From Candidatus Magasanikiibacteriota bacterium (GTDB taxonomy: Bacteria; Patescibacteriota; Patescibacteriia; Magasanikbacterales; UBA922): 64,000 bases of DNA. Numbering within the stretch: the stretch's first letter is position 1; the number at the start of each line of letters is the position of its first letter. Of this stretch, positions 50,796 to 60,450 are shown piece by piece. The notes beneath the pieces were generated by a model. It was not told the DNA's origin. It was given only the letters and a program-made list of their open reading frames with translations, and made no database searches. Position numbers and translations under genes: made by a program. Location of the stretch: contig JACQQA010000009.1 in assembly GCA_016207245.1 (NCBI GenBank), positions 9,165 through 73,164 on the forward strand. Direction: 5' to 3'.

Positions 50796-52745
50796 ATGAG
50801 CCAGAAGCTGGCAACGGTAGTGAACGATGTGCCGGGATTGAATTTTAAATTGGAAGACTGCGCGATGAAAGATTTTGACCGGCAGAGCGTGGTGGAGTTG
50901 TTGAGGAAGTTTGATTTTTTTTCGCTGATTAAACGCCTCCCCGGAGGCGACGATTCACTTCATCACACCACCACACCACCACACCATCACCGGAAACACG
51001 TGGATTTTGAGTTGGTTGAAACTGATGAGAATAATGTTAAAGAATTTGAAAAGGCATTATCAACAACAAACGTTTTTGCTTGTAAGGAAATTTTGAGCGG
51101 AACGGATATTTTGAACAGCGATTTGCTGGGTCTGGTTTTCGTCGTTGGAGATAAATCGTTTTACTTTAAAAATCCGCAACAATTTGTGGGGTCTGTGTTT
51201 CACCAAAAAGACAAGACATTGGTTGGTCATAATTTGAAACAATTAGTCAAGATACTTACACACTTACACACTTACACACTTACACACTTATTCGACACCA
51301 TGATCGCTTCCTATCTCCTCAACTCCAGCACTCGCGCCCATGACGCGAAAAGCGTGATTTTGCGCGAATTGGGGCAAGAGATCCATGGTAGCTCAGATCA
51401 AAGCAGCTTGTTCGGCGCTAATCCAAGACAGGTTGCCGAAGAATTAAAATTGATTTTGCAAGCGCATGAAACACAAAAGAAAAAATTGGCGGATTTGGAA
51501 GACTTCGGTTTGTTTGAAAAAGTTGAGATGAAATTGATACCGGTTTTAGCCGAGATGGAATTAAACGGTGTGGCAATTGATTCTGGTGTGCTAAAAAAAT
51601 TATCCAAAGATGTTGGCGAAGAAATAAATAAAATTGACAAACAAATTCAAAAAGAGGCGGGCGAGGAATTTAATGTCGCTTCGCCCACGCAGCTGCGCGA
51701 TATTTTATTTGATAAATTAAAATTGCCGAGCGAGGGAGTTAAAAAGGGCAAGACCGGATATTCCACGGCCGACGCGGAATTGGAAAAGTTGATTGACGCG
51801 CATCCGATTATCAGTCTGATTCGCGACTATCGCGAGCTGGCGAAGTTGCAAAACACTTATGTGGATGTTTTGCCAACGCTGGTAAATAAAAAAACCGGAC
51901 GCATCCACACAACTTTTAATCAGGCGGTAACAACAACCGGCCGGCTTTCCAGTTCGGAGCCGAATCTGCAAAATATTCCAATCAGAACAGACTTGGGCAA
52001 AGAAATTCGCAACGCGTTTATCGCCGAGGCCGGAAATAATTTAATCGCCGCGGATTATTCTCAAATTGAACTGCGCATTGTCGCTTCGCTGGCCAAAGAC
52101 CAGACAATGATTGACGTATTTAAGCGTGGTGAGGATATTCATCAAGCCACGGCCGCGGTTATAAATGATGTGCCGTTGGAAAAAGTAACGAAAGAAATGC
52201 GCTACGCGGCCAAAGCGGTAAATTTCGGCGTGCTATATGGCATGGGTTCTTATGGATTGGCGTGGCGGACAAAAATGCCGCAATGGCAGGCGAAAGATTT
52301 TATAAAAAAATATTTTGAAAAATTTTCCAGCGTGAAAAAATATATTGATCAGACTTTGGAATTCGCCAAAAAAGAGGGCTATGTGGAAACTTTGTTTGGC
52401 CGTCGGCGTTATATTCCGGAATTAAAATCCGACAATTTTCAACTGCGTTCGGCCGGCGAGCGGATGGCGATCAATATGCCGATTCAAGGCACAGCCGCGG
52501 ATTTGATGAAAATGGCGATGATTGCCGTTCATGACCAAATCCGAAATCCTAAATCCGAAATCCTAAATCACGACGATACAAAAATGATTTTGCAGGTGCA
52601 TGATGAGTTGGTATTAGAAGTTAAAAAGGGTTTGGAAAAAGAAGTGTCAAAATTAGTGAAAGACGCGATGGAGAATGTGGTGAAATTAAACGTGCCGGTG
52701 GAGGCGCATGTAAGTGTTGGGAAAAGGTGGGGAGAGTTGAAATAG
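50796..52745 (+). CDS. polA: DNA polymerase I, 3'-5' exo-like and polymerase domains (frame open from 50706, first ATG at 50796)
   Basis: TGRLSSSEPNLQNIP, DYSQIELR and QVHDELVLEV motifs. The pre-ATG in-frame codons encode LLSENIIRKLTDGEESAR, which is homologous to the Pol I linker. Confidence 0.93.
   Translation: MSQKLATVVNDVPGLNFKLEDCAMKDFDRQSVVELLRKFDFFSLIKRLPGGDDSLHHTTTPPHHHRKHVDFELVETDENNVKEFEKALSTTNVFACKEILSGTDILNSDLLGLVFVVGDKSFYFKNPQQFVGSVFHQKDKTLVGHNLKQLVKILTHLHTYTLTHLFDTMIASYLLNSSTRAHDAKSVILRELGQEIHGSSDQSSLFGANPRQVAEELKLILQAHETQKKKLADLEDFGLFEKVEMKLIPVLAEMELNGVAIDSGVLKKLSKDVGEEINKIDKQIQKEAGEEFNVASPTQLRDILFDKLKLPSEGVKKGKTGYSTADAELEKLIDAHPIISLIRDYRELAKLQNTYVDVLPTLVNKKTGRIHTTFNQAVTTTGRLSSSEPNLQNIPIRTDLGKEIRNAFIAEAGNNLIAADYSQIELRIVASLAKDQTMIDVFKRGEDIHQATAAVINDVPLEKVTKEMRYAAKAVNFGVLYGMGSYGLAWRTKMPQWQAKDFIKKYFEKFSSVKKYIDQTLEFAKKEGYVETLFGRRRYIPELKSDNFQLRSAGERMAINMPIQGTAADLMKMAMIAVHDQIRNPKSEILNHDDTKMILQVHDELVLEVKKGLEKEVSKLVKDAMENVVKLNVPVEAHVSVGKRWGELK
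51254..51290. repeat. 8-nt tandem repeat ACTTACAC x4.6 inside polA
   Basis: Encodes LTHLHTYTLTHL. Confidence 0.75.
52537..52571. repeat. Five heptamers AAATCCG/AAATCCT inside the polA polymerase domain, in frame
   Basis: Encodes QIRNPKSEILNH in the loop before QVHDELV. Confidence 0.8.
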
Positions 52746-52746
52746 T

Positions 52747-53775
52747 ATGCTTATTTTTCTCTATGGCACGGATACGTTCCGTAGCCGGCAACAATTAAAA
52801 AAAATGATTGCCAAATTCAGGCAAGACCGCGATCCTGGCGGATACAACGTGGCGGTTTTGGATTGTCAAAAAGAAGAAGGCGGGAAAATAATGGAACAGA
52901 TTTTGTCCGCGCCATTTTTGGCAGAAAAAAGAATGGTGGTTTTGGAAAATTTTTTGTCTGCCACAGGCCGCGGTGATTTACAAGAAGAGATTTTAAAAAG
53001 AATAACAAACAAGACATTGCCGGAATCAACAGTGCTTGTTTTTTATGAAAGCCCTTCGGCTCCTTCGACAAGCTCAGGACGAGTCGCTCAGGGCAAGCCC
53101 AAAACAAAAGTTGCTAAAGAATTGTTTGATATATTAAGTAAAGAAAAATTTAGCCAGCAATTTGATTTATTGATCGGGGTGAAGTTAATCAGCTGGATTT
53201 TACAAGAAGTAAAAGATCATGGCGGCAAGATTAATCAGCCGGCGGCACAATATCTGGCGCAAAATGTTGGTGGAGACATGTGGAGGTTGAGTTCATTGGT
53301 GAAACAGTTGATTGCCTTCAAACAATCGTCTTGTCATCCCCGTGAAAACGGGGATCCAGAAATCGCGCTGTCCGATGTCCAACTCTTTCTTGACGAAAAA
53401 GCAGATGACAGCATTTTCAACCTCGTTGATGCGGTTGTCGGCGGGCAAGCGAAAAAAGCCTTTGAAATGATTCGCGAACAATACAGAATCGGCGAGGACG
53501 CGCAGTTTGTTTTTGCCATGCTATTGAGGCAATTCAGAATTTTGCTGGAATTGCGGGATTTGTACGACCGTGAGGATAATTTATCGAGCGAACAGTTGGC
53601 GAAAAAATTAAACCTGCATCCATTTGTGGTAAAAAAATCTTTGGTATTCGTCAAAAAATATTCTTTGGCTAAATTAAAAACAGTTTATCAGCGGTTGTTG
53701 GATTTAGATGTAAAAACAAAGACCGGCCAAGGAGACCAGTCGTTATTGTTGGATGTTTTTGTGGGAACCGTTTAG
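52747..53775 (+). CDS. holA: DNA polymerase III delta subunit
   Basis: MLIFLYGTDTFRSRQQLKKMI... with a HolA-like layout. Carries two GC-hairpin insertions (53053-53099, 53336-53355). Confidence 0.75.
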   Translation: MLIFLYGTDTFRSRQQLKKMIAKFRQDRDPGGYNVAVLDCQKEEGGKIMEQILSAPFLAEKRMVVLENFLSATGRGDLQEEILKRITNKTLPESTVLVFYESPSAPSTSSGRVAQGKPKTKVAKELFDILSKEKFSQQFDLLIGVKLISWILQEVKDHGGKINQPAAQYLAQNVGGDMWRLSSLVKQLIAFKQSSCHPRENGDPEIALSDVQLFLDEKADDSIFNLVDAVVGGQAKKAFEMIREQYRIGEDAQFVFAMLLRQFRILLELRDLYDREDNLSSEQLAKKLNLHPFVVKKSLVFVKKYSLAKLKTVYQRLLDLDVKTKTGQGDQSLLLDVFVGTV

Positions 53776-54329
53776 GACAACCTTCTGTCATTGGATAGTT
53801 CGGCGGCTGCTTCAGCGGCCTCTTTTTGTTTTTGATATTCAGGATCTTTTTCCGGGTCAAAACGAGTGGTTTGGCGCAGCTCATTGAAGTCTTTTATTAA
53901 TTCACCAGCTTCTTTAGCTAAAGCTAATGATTCGTTTTTTTCCGATGATAGCCGGTCATGAATATCATCCAGTTGGCGTTGAAAAAATTCTCGCAAATAA
54001 TCGGCGTATTCAAGGCATTCTTTCAGCTCGGGGATATTTTCAACAATTTTTAGGCAATCCACTTCCGAACCTTCCGGGAGTGTTTCCGCCGTCTTCCCAA
54101 ACTGTTCCGGCAGGTTTTTTTCAACCCAGCTTTTTAACAGCCAATTTTTAGCGCCACAGGTTCCATACGACTCGTCAAATTTTGGGAGCTGCCAATCTTT
54201 TGGCTGCAGCGATTCGGTATCATCATCATTTAAGCAGTCTCGCAAAAAAGAAATGGGGACGCCAACTCCGTTCGGCAAGTAATCTCCGCGGGTTATGTCA
54301 GTGAGAAAACTTTCTTTTAATTTTGACAT
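53772..54329 (-). CDS. Hypothetical acidic protein
   Basis: 185-aa ORF, no recognised motif. 4-nt convergent overlap with holA. Confidence 0.45.
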   Translation of the reverse strand: MSKLKESFLTDITRGDYLPNGVGVPISFLRDCLNDDDTESLQPKDWQLPKFDESYGTCGAKNWLLKSWVEKNLPEQFGKTAETLPEGSEVDCLKIVENIPELKECLEYADYLREFFQRQLDDIHDRLSSEKNESLALAKEAGELIKDFNELRQTTRFDPEKDPEYQKQKEAAEAAAELSNDRRLS

Positions 54330-54375
54330 ATAATATAAAATCCCAGCCTTAACCGGGATTTATTGTATACTATTT

Positions 54376-54642
54376 TTACTTTTTTGCAACCTTGTTGATC
54401 TGCGCCATAATGCGGGAGAGCCGCCGGCCGGCGGTATTTTTTTTGATGACCCCGCGTTTGGCCGCTTTGTCCAGCGCCTTTTGGGCGAGACGGAGTTTTT
54501 CTTTTAATTCCGTTTCTCCGGCAACCACCGCTTTTTTTACTGTTTTCACCGCGGTTTTGTATGTCTTGGCGGCAACAACATTGCCGATTGCTCTTTTTTT
54601 CGCTCGGCGCAAGGCTTTTTTGGCGTTTTTTAGATTTGGCAT
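54376..54642 (-). CDS. rpsT: 30S ribosomal protein S20
   Basis: MPNLKNAKKALRRAKKRAIGN... is a typical S20. Confidence 0.92.
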   Translation of the reverse strand: MPNLKNAKKALRRAKKRAIGNVVAAKTYKTAVKTVKKAVVAGETELKEKLRLAQKALDKAAKRGVIKKNTAGRRLSRIMAQINKVAKK

Positions 54643-54698
54643 AGTGTTTTAAGAGGAAATTAAGTGTGGGTAGAGTATATTATAGCGCAGAAGAAAAG

Positions 54699-55976
54699 TC
54701 AAGCCGCCGCACCCTTCATCCACTGTATAGCTTTTTTATTTTGCAAGGAGACAGCGATGGCCCCGCGTACTTCCGGAAGCTTCAACCGTTCCAGATACTC
54801 TTTATTATCTTTATACATTCTCTCCATTGTTTTTATTTCTTCGTCAATTTCTTCATTTTCAACTTTAATATTATTTTCCTTCGCGATTTGGCGGGAGACC
54901 AGCGCGGCTTTGGCGCGTTTTTCCGCCTGCGCGCGGAAGCCCTCAAACATTTCTTGCTCGGTTTTTTTGATATCTTCCAAATATTGCTCAATTGTAATGC
55001 CATGGTGTTCAAGATCAGTTTTTAATTCATAAAACATTTTTTGCCGTTCGGCGTTAAGCAAAACTTCCGGAATTTCGCCAAACTCTGATTGAGCGACCAC
55101 GGTGTCTAACAATTCAATCTCATATTTTTGCTCGGCGTGTTTTTCCGCTTCTTCGGTCAAATTTTTGCGGAGCAGTTCTTGAAGCTTGACAAAATTTTCC
55201 TGTCCAAGATTTTTAGCGAATTCATCATCGGCCGGCGGCAATTGTCTTTCAAAAACATCTTTAACTTTTACTTTAAAATTAACTTTTTTGCCGGCGAGAT
55301 TTTTTTGATAATGCGTTGGCGGAAAATCCAGCGCGAATTCTTTTTCATCGCCTTTTTGCAATCCGGCAACCTGCTGATTAAATCCTGGCACGTAGTGATC
55401 TTCGCCCAAATACACGCGATAATCTTTTGCTTGCCCGCCTTCAACCGGTATTTTGTCTAAAAACATTTCCAAGTCAATCAATAGCATGTCGTTGCCAATG
55501 GCCGCGCCGGTTTTTATTGCTTCTTTTGCCCGCATTTCGCGCAGACTGTCCAAAGTTTTTTCTATATCTTTGTCTTCAACCGGTTTGGTCTCTTTTTTAA
55601 TTTTTACTTTTTTAATATCAGCCAAACCAACTTTTGGCATCAGCGCCACAGTTGCTTTGAAAACAACATCATTGCCCGGAGCCATTTTTTCCACGCTGAT
55701 TTGCGGCATGCCGACAGTTTCCACGCCTTCGGATTTTATCGCTTCAAAAAAACCGCTCTGCATGATTGTTTCCAGCGCTTCCTGCATTATTTTCATCTCG
55801 CCGATTTCTTTTTTTATTATTTCATACGGCGCCTTGCCCGGGCGGAAGCCCTTGATCGCGGCTCGCTCCGATATTCTCTGCGCCGCCTTTTCCAAATGTT
55901 TTTGGTATTCAGCCGGCGGGACGGTAATGGTTAGTTCAATTTGCGATTTTTCCAGTTTTTTTGTAGTGTGGGACAT
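54699..55976 (-). CDS. tig: Trigger factor
   Basis: True start MSHTTKKLEKSQIELTITV...GFRPGKAP. The longer ORF-track N-terminus reads into the P1 repeat. Confidence 0.9.
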   Translation of the reverse strand: MSHTTKKLEKSQIELTITVPPAEYQKHLEKAAQRISERAAIKGFRPGKAPYEIIKKEIGEMKIMQEALETIMQSGFFEAIKSEGVETVGMPQISVEKMAPGNDVVFKATVALMPKVGLADIKKVKIKKETKPVEDKDIEKTLDSLREMRAKEAIKTGAAIGNDMLLIDLEMFLDKIPVEGGQAKDYRVYLGEDHYVPGFNQQVAGLQKGDEKEFALDFPPTHYQKNLAGKKVNFKVKVKDVFERQLPPADDEFAKNLGQENFVKLQELLRKNLTEEAEKHAEQKYEIELLDTVVAQSEFGEIPEVLLNAERQKMFYELKTDLEHHGITIEQYLEDIKKTEQEMFEGFRAQAEKRAKAALVSRQIAKENNIKVENEEIDEEIKTMERMYKDNKEYLERLKLPEVRGAIAVSLQNKKAIQWMKGAAA

Positions 55977-56041
55977 AAGATGGGTGATAAATAAAGTTGC
56001 TATATTATGGCAGAAAAAGTAGAGCAAGTCAAGTCCGCTGT

Positions 56042-56145
56042 CAGAATACAGAAGGCAGATAACAGAATGCACTTATGATTTGTGTTTGTTCTGCTCGCCA
56101 ATCATCCGCTCGTTGCATTTTGTTATCCGTATTCTGCATTCTGTG
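56042..56145. repeat. P1 palindromic element, beta core
   Basis: Arms cagaatacagaaggcagataacagaatgca / tgcattttgttatccgtattctgcattctg. The core contains ctcgccaatcat. Confidence 0.8.
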
Positions 56146-56180
56146 TCCGTTTGTGATATAATACCTCCAAACCACCGCAG

Positions 56181-57971
56181 ATGATTAGCAAAACAAAACA
56201 CAAAGGTTTCACTCTGGTCGAGATCGTCGTCGCGCTCGGCGTGTTTTTATTATTCGTGAGCGGGATTTATTCCGGCATTCAATTTGTTTTCAAATCGGTT
56301 TATTATTCTCGCCTGAAAATTTTGGAGACCGGAATTTTGAATGAACAATTGGAAATCATCCGCAATCTGCCGTTTGAAGACGTCGGCATTATCAACGGCA
56401 GTCCGTCTGGTGTTTTAGAAAGAACAGCCACAACAACCCGCAACAACATTGATTTTGAAATTACGCGCACAATCAGAAATATTGACGACCCGTTTGACGG
56501 CACTATCGGCGGCGCGCCGAACGATCTCGCGCCGGCGGACTATAAAATGGCTGAAGTGGAAATAATCTGTACAAATTGTAATCAGACAAAAAAAGTCAGC
56601 GAGGTTACTTATGTCTCGCCAAAACTTTTGGAAGGCGACCCGACTCACGGCGCGCTGTTTATTGAAGTGTTTGACGCTAACGGAGATCCGGTTTCCGGCG
56701 CCGATGTTCATGTGGTCGCGACTGAAACCGATCCGAGTATTGATTTGACCGACACCACGGACAATGACGGCATGTTAAAATTGGTTGATTTGGGCGCGGG
56801 CATCGGTGTTTATAATATTACCGTCTCTAAAGATGGATACACGACTGATCAGACAGTTATTCCAACCGAAGCAAACCCGAACCCAACAAAAGGTTCGGCA
56901 TCGGTTGAAGCGCAAAATGTTACCGAAATCAGTTTTTCCATTGATCATGTTTCACAGCTTGATTTGTCAACCATAAATAGCGCTTGCAACGCGGTCGGCA
57001 ATGTTGGTGTCCGCGTGATGGGAACAAAATTGCTTGGCACAGACCCGGATGTATTAAAAGTGGATGAGAATGTTTCTACTGACAGCGGCGGCAATTACAG
57101 TTTAGCTGATTTGGAATGGGATGCTTATGCTTTGCCGATTTTGTCCAGCTATGATTTGATTGGGTCAATTCCGATTTTGCCGATTAGTTTGCCGCCCGGA
57201 GTTACTCAGCCGGTTCAGCTTTTGGTTGGCGCCAACACCAACAATTCTTTATTAGTTAATGTTTCCGACAACATGACAAACCAGCCGATTTCCAACGCGA
57301 GCGTGCGCGTTTATGCCGGAAGCTACGACCAGACCAAGACAACCGGAATCGGTTTTACCCGGCAGACCGACTGGTCGGGAGGTTCCGGCCAGGAAAGTTT
57401 CGTCAATGAAACAAAATATTGGGATGACGACGGCAAAGTTAATGTGACCGGAAGCGCCGGCAGTATTACTTTAAAAAAAGTTGGGCAAGATTATTTATCA
57501 AGCGGAGAATTGGAATCTTCCACTTTTGATTTAGGTTCCGCGGTTAATTTTGTTAATTTAATTTGGGAACCGCTGGGTCAGCCCGCCGAGGCGGGCGCTG
57601 ATCCGGTTCGCTGGCAGATTGCTACGAGCAATCTCGCTAATCCTGCTTCTTGGGATTATCTGGGGCCGGACGGCACGACAGCGACGTATTATGACGCGGA
57701 CGATATCGCGATAAACAGCGCGCATAATGGCGATAGATATTTTCGTTATAAATTATTTTTAAGCACCGCGTCAGACGAGGTTACGCCGACAGTTTCCGAT
57801 TTGATGGTAACTTACACCAATGCCTGCACCCCGCCCGGCCAATCATATTTTGGCGGTTTATCAGAGACAGATTACACGGTTGAAATTACAAAAACCGGCT
57901 ATCAGATCAACACTCAGACTGTCAGCGTTTCCGGAGATATGGTATTTGGAGCGGAGATGGCGAGTGAATAA
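56181..57971 (+). CDS. Large pseudopilin with a prepilin-type N-terminal methylation domain
   Basis: KGFTLVEIVVALGVFLL N-terminus. CarboxypepD_reg-like repeats (GDPVSGADVHVV..TDNDGMLKL). Confidence 0.8.
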   Translation: MISKTKHKGFTLVEIVVALGVFLLFVSGIYSGIQFVFKSVYYSRLKILETGILNEQLEIIRNLPFEDVGIINGSPSGVLERTATTTRNNIDFEITRTIRNIDDPFDGTIGGAPNDLAPADYKMAEVEIICTNCNQTKKVSEVTYVSPKLLEGDPTHGALFIEVFDANGDPVSGADVHVVATETDPSIDLTDTTDNDGMLKLVDLGAGIGVYNITVSKDGYTTDQTVIPTEANPNPTKGSASVEAQNVTEISFSIDHVSQLDLSTINSACNAVGNVGVRVMGTKLLGTDPDVLKVDENVSTDSGGNYSLADLEWDAYALPILSSYDLIGSIPILPISLPPGVTQPVQLLVGANTNNSLLVNVSDNMTNQPISNASVRVYAGSYDQTKTTGIGFTRQTDWSGGSGQESFVNETKYWDDDGKVNVTGSAGSITLKKVGQDYLSSGELESSTFDLGSAVNFVNLIWEPLGQPAEAGADPVRWQIATSNLANPASWDYLGPDGTTATYYDADDIAINSAHNGDRYFRYKLFLSTASDEVTPTVSDLMVTYTNACTPPGQSYFGGLSETDYTVEITKTGYQINTQTVSVSGDMVFGAEMASE

Positions 57972-57972
57972 A

Positions 57973-58057
57973 CATGCGAAATGCGAAAGATTGCGAAAAT
58001 GCGAACAACCGCTACAATTCGCTTTTCGCAATTTCGCAATCTTTCGCATTTCGCATG
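57973..58057. repeat. P2 palindromic element built from ATGCGAA heptamers
   Basis: catgcgaaatgcgaaagattgcgaaaatgcgaa ... ttcgcttttcgcaatttcgcaatctttcgcatttcgcatg. The outer 26 nt are perfectly complementary. Confidence 0.8.
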
Positions 58058-58066
58058 TATACTATT

Positions 58067-58687
58067 ATGTTTAAATTACAACTGCCAACAAAACATTACG
58101 GCTTTACCATCGTGGAGCTCTCCGTCGCTCTCGGTATTTCCGCCATGATTGCCGTAACCGTGGTTTGGCTTATTATTGACGGCTTGCGTTACAGCAATAT
58201 TATTTTTGATCAACTGCAAACGCAAAACGACGGCCGTCGGGTTTTACAACAGGTGGTTGATGTGGTGAGAAAGACGGAAGAATCCAGCATCGGCGGCTAT
58301 CCGCTGGTTTCTGCCGGAGAATATGAGCTGATAGTTTACGCCAATGTTGACAGCGACAGTTTGCGCGAGCGGGTCAGATTTTGGCTGGATGGAACCACGC
58401 TAAAAAAAGGCGTAATAAAACCCAGCGGCAGTCCGTTGAGCTATTCCGGCGCGGAACAAACGGTTGAAATAGCCCATGATGTTGTTAATTTTTCTGAAAA
58501 CAAGCCGTTGTTTTTATATTATGATGAAAATTACACCGGCACTGAAGAGGCGCTGGTTCAGCCGGTGGAAGAAGTTGGTGTGCGAATGGTGCGCGTGCGG
58601 CTGGAGTTGGAAGAAGATCCTGACAAGAGTCCGGTGCCGCTGGAAGTGGAAAGCGCGGCGATGATACGCAACCTGAAAGCGAATTGA
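58067..58687 (+). CDS. Minor pseudopilin (PilW/GspJ-like) with a prepilin N-terminal domain
   Basis: MFKLQLPTKHYGFTIVELSVALGISAMIAV. Confidence 0.75.
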   Translation: MFKLQLPTKHYGFTIVELSVALGISAMIAVTVVWLIIDGLRYSNIIFDQLQTQNDGRRVLQQVVDVVRKTEESSIGGYPLVSAGEYELIVYANVDSDSLRERVRFWLDGTTLKKGVIKPSGSPLSYSGAEQTVEIAHDVVNFSENKPLFLYYDENYTGTEEALVQPVEEVGVRMVRVRLELEEDPDKSPVPLEVESAAMIRNLKAN

Positions 58688-58691
58688 CGAA

Positions 58692-58832
58692 CAGAATGCA
58701 GCCACCAGATAACAGAATGCAACGAACGGGTGATTGGCGAGTAGAACAGACACCAATCGTAAATGTATTCTGTTATCTGTATTCTGGTAACTGTTCGTTG
58801 TAATTGCATTCTGTTATTTGTATTCTGCATTC
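58692..58832. repeat. P1 palindromic element, beta core, with a duplicated right arm
   Basis: cagaatgcagccaccagataacagaatgca ... ggtgattggcgagtagaac ... tgtattctgttatctgtattctg ... tgcattctgttatttgtattctgcattct. Confidence 0.8.
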
Positions 58833-58840
58833 TAAAAAAT

Positions 58841-60247
58841 ATGTTATTCAAAAAAACCAAACAACTCATCGCAGATAATCATTGCAAACGAAAGGGCAGC
58901 ATCTTGATGTTTGTTTTGGTTTTCGGCGCGGTGGCGAGCATGATGATAATTTCCGGCGTGGCGAGCTACGCGATTTTTGAGAATAAAGCGTCAAACCGCA
59001 AACATAATCGCGATTTAGCGTTTCAAATCGCCGAAGCCGGAGTAAATTATTATAAGTGGCATTTGGCGCATTCGCCCACCGACTATTGGGACGGCACCGG
59101 CGGTCAACCCGGACCGTATCAGCATGATTATGAAGATAAAAATGGGACAATAATAGGATATTATTCTTTGGAAATTGACGAACCGTTAGCCGGCAGCAGC
59201 GTAGTGGTAATGCGTTCAACAGGCTGGACTGTCGCCGAGCCGGAAACCAAACGAACACTTCAAGTCAGACTGGGCTTCGCGGCTTTGACTGATTACACCT
59301 TTCTTTCCAACGCCAACATGAATTTCAGTTTTACCACGGATGTTCACGGCACGGTTCATTCCAATGGTGGAATCAGGTTTGACGGCACGACCGACTCTTG
59401 GGTTAAAAGCGCTAAGGAAACATATACCTATTTAAATCAAACCCACAAAGGCGTTTGGGGCGCCGGCGGGCCGAAATCTTTTTGGCAATATCCTGTGCCA
59501 TGGATAGATTTTTTTGCCGTAACCTCTGATTTATCGAATATCAGCGATATGGCTGATGAATCAAACACCCACTACACATCTTCCGGCAAAGAAGGGTGGC
59601 ACATTGTTTTCACCGGGACGACTTACAAACTTTACAAAGTTACCAGCCGCGAGTGCCATTATGGCGAAGGGAGTTGGAAATATAAAAAGAAAACAGGTTG
59701 GTATTGGGTTGGGAGCACCTATTGTTATGATATTGGCGCGGAACAATTAGTCGGCACATATTCAATACCAACCACGGGCGCGATTTTTGTTGAGGATGAT
59801 GTGTGGATAGAGGGCACGGTTGATGGTAGAGTGAGTGTTGGCGTCGGTAAATTTCCCGTGCAGGAGCCGTATAAAACCGCGTATATCAGCAACAACCTGC
59901 TTTATACGGAAAAATCCAGCGATGATGTTATTGGCATCTTGGCGCAAGGCAATGTTGTTGTTCCGTATGATGTGCCTGATGATATGGAAATTAACGCCGC
60001 CATGCTGTCGCAGTTTGGCCAGCTTTACCGTCCGTATTATTACGATGATTTAAAAGACGATTTGACGATATTCGGTTCGCAGATTTCTTATCAGGGCGGC
60101 GGTTGGAAGTATGTCAATGGTTGGGGCAATGTAGTTTCCGGTTTCGTGGACACTCACCATGTTTACGATGGCAACCTGAAATACTACCCGCCCCCGGGCT
60201 TTCCGGTGGGAACGGTGTACGATTTGATTAGTTGGGAAGAGTTGTAG
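58841..60247 (+). CDS. PilX-like minor pilin / pilus-associated protein
   Basis: Start MLFKKTKQL..KGSILMFVLVFGAVASMMIISGVASY (PilX_N-like hydrophobic segment). Confidence 0.65.
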   Translation: MLFKKTKQLIADNHCKRKGSILMFVLVFGAVASMMIISGVASYAIFENKASNRKHNRDLAFQIAEAGVNYYKWHLAHSPTDYWDGTGGQPGPYQHDYEDKNGTIIGYYSLEIDEPLAGSSVVVMRSTGWTVAEPETKRTLQVRLGFAALTDYTFLSNANMNFSFTTDVHGTVHSNGGIRFDGTTDSWVKSAKETYTYLNQTHKGVWGAGGPKSFWQYPVPWIDFFAVTSDLSNISDMADESNTHYTSSGKEGWHIVFTGTTYKLYKVTSRECHYGEGSWKYKKKTGWYWVGSTYCYDIGAEQLVGTYSIPTTGAIFVEDDVWIEGTVDGRVSVGVGKFPVQEPYKTAYISNNLLYTEKSSDDVIGILAQGNVVVPYDVPDDMEINAAMLSQFGQLYRPYYYDDLKDDLTIFGSQISYQGGGWKYVNGWGNVVSGFVDTHHVYDGNLKYYPPPGFPVGTVYDLISWEEL

Positions 60248-60248
60248 A

Positions 60249-60407
60249 CAGAATACAGAGTGCAGATAACAGAATGCACACGACAAAAACAGCTACCAGA
60301 TAACAGAATGCAACGAGTTGGCATTGGTGAGTAAAATCGGTCGCGGATGTATTCTGCTATCTGTATTTTGGTAATTGCTCGTTTTGTTATCTGCATTCTG
60401 CATTCTG
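60249..60407. repeat. P1 palindromic element, beta core, nested double arms
   Basis: Outer arms at 60249-60278 and 60383-60407, inner arms at 60296-60311 and 60349-60375. Core is ggcattggtgagtaaaatc. Confidence 0.8.
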
Positions 60408-60450
60408 AAAAGCTGGTCAACCCACCCAAGTTTTGTTATAATAACGGCGT

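Noticed and set aside
55453-56022. 189-aa plus-strand ORF and the neighbouring plus-strand ORFs at 54664-55934.
   Set aside because: They are antisense to trigger factor and rpsT, and their composition is typical of shadow frames.
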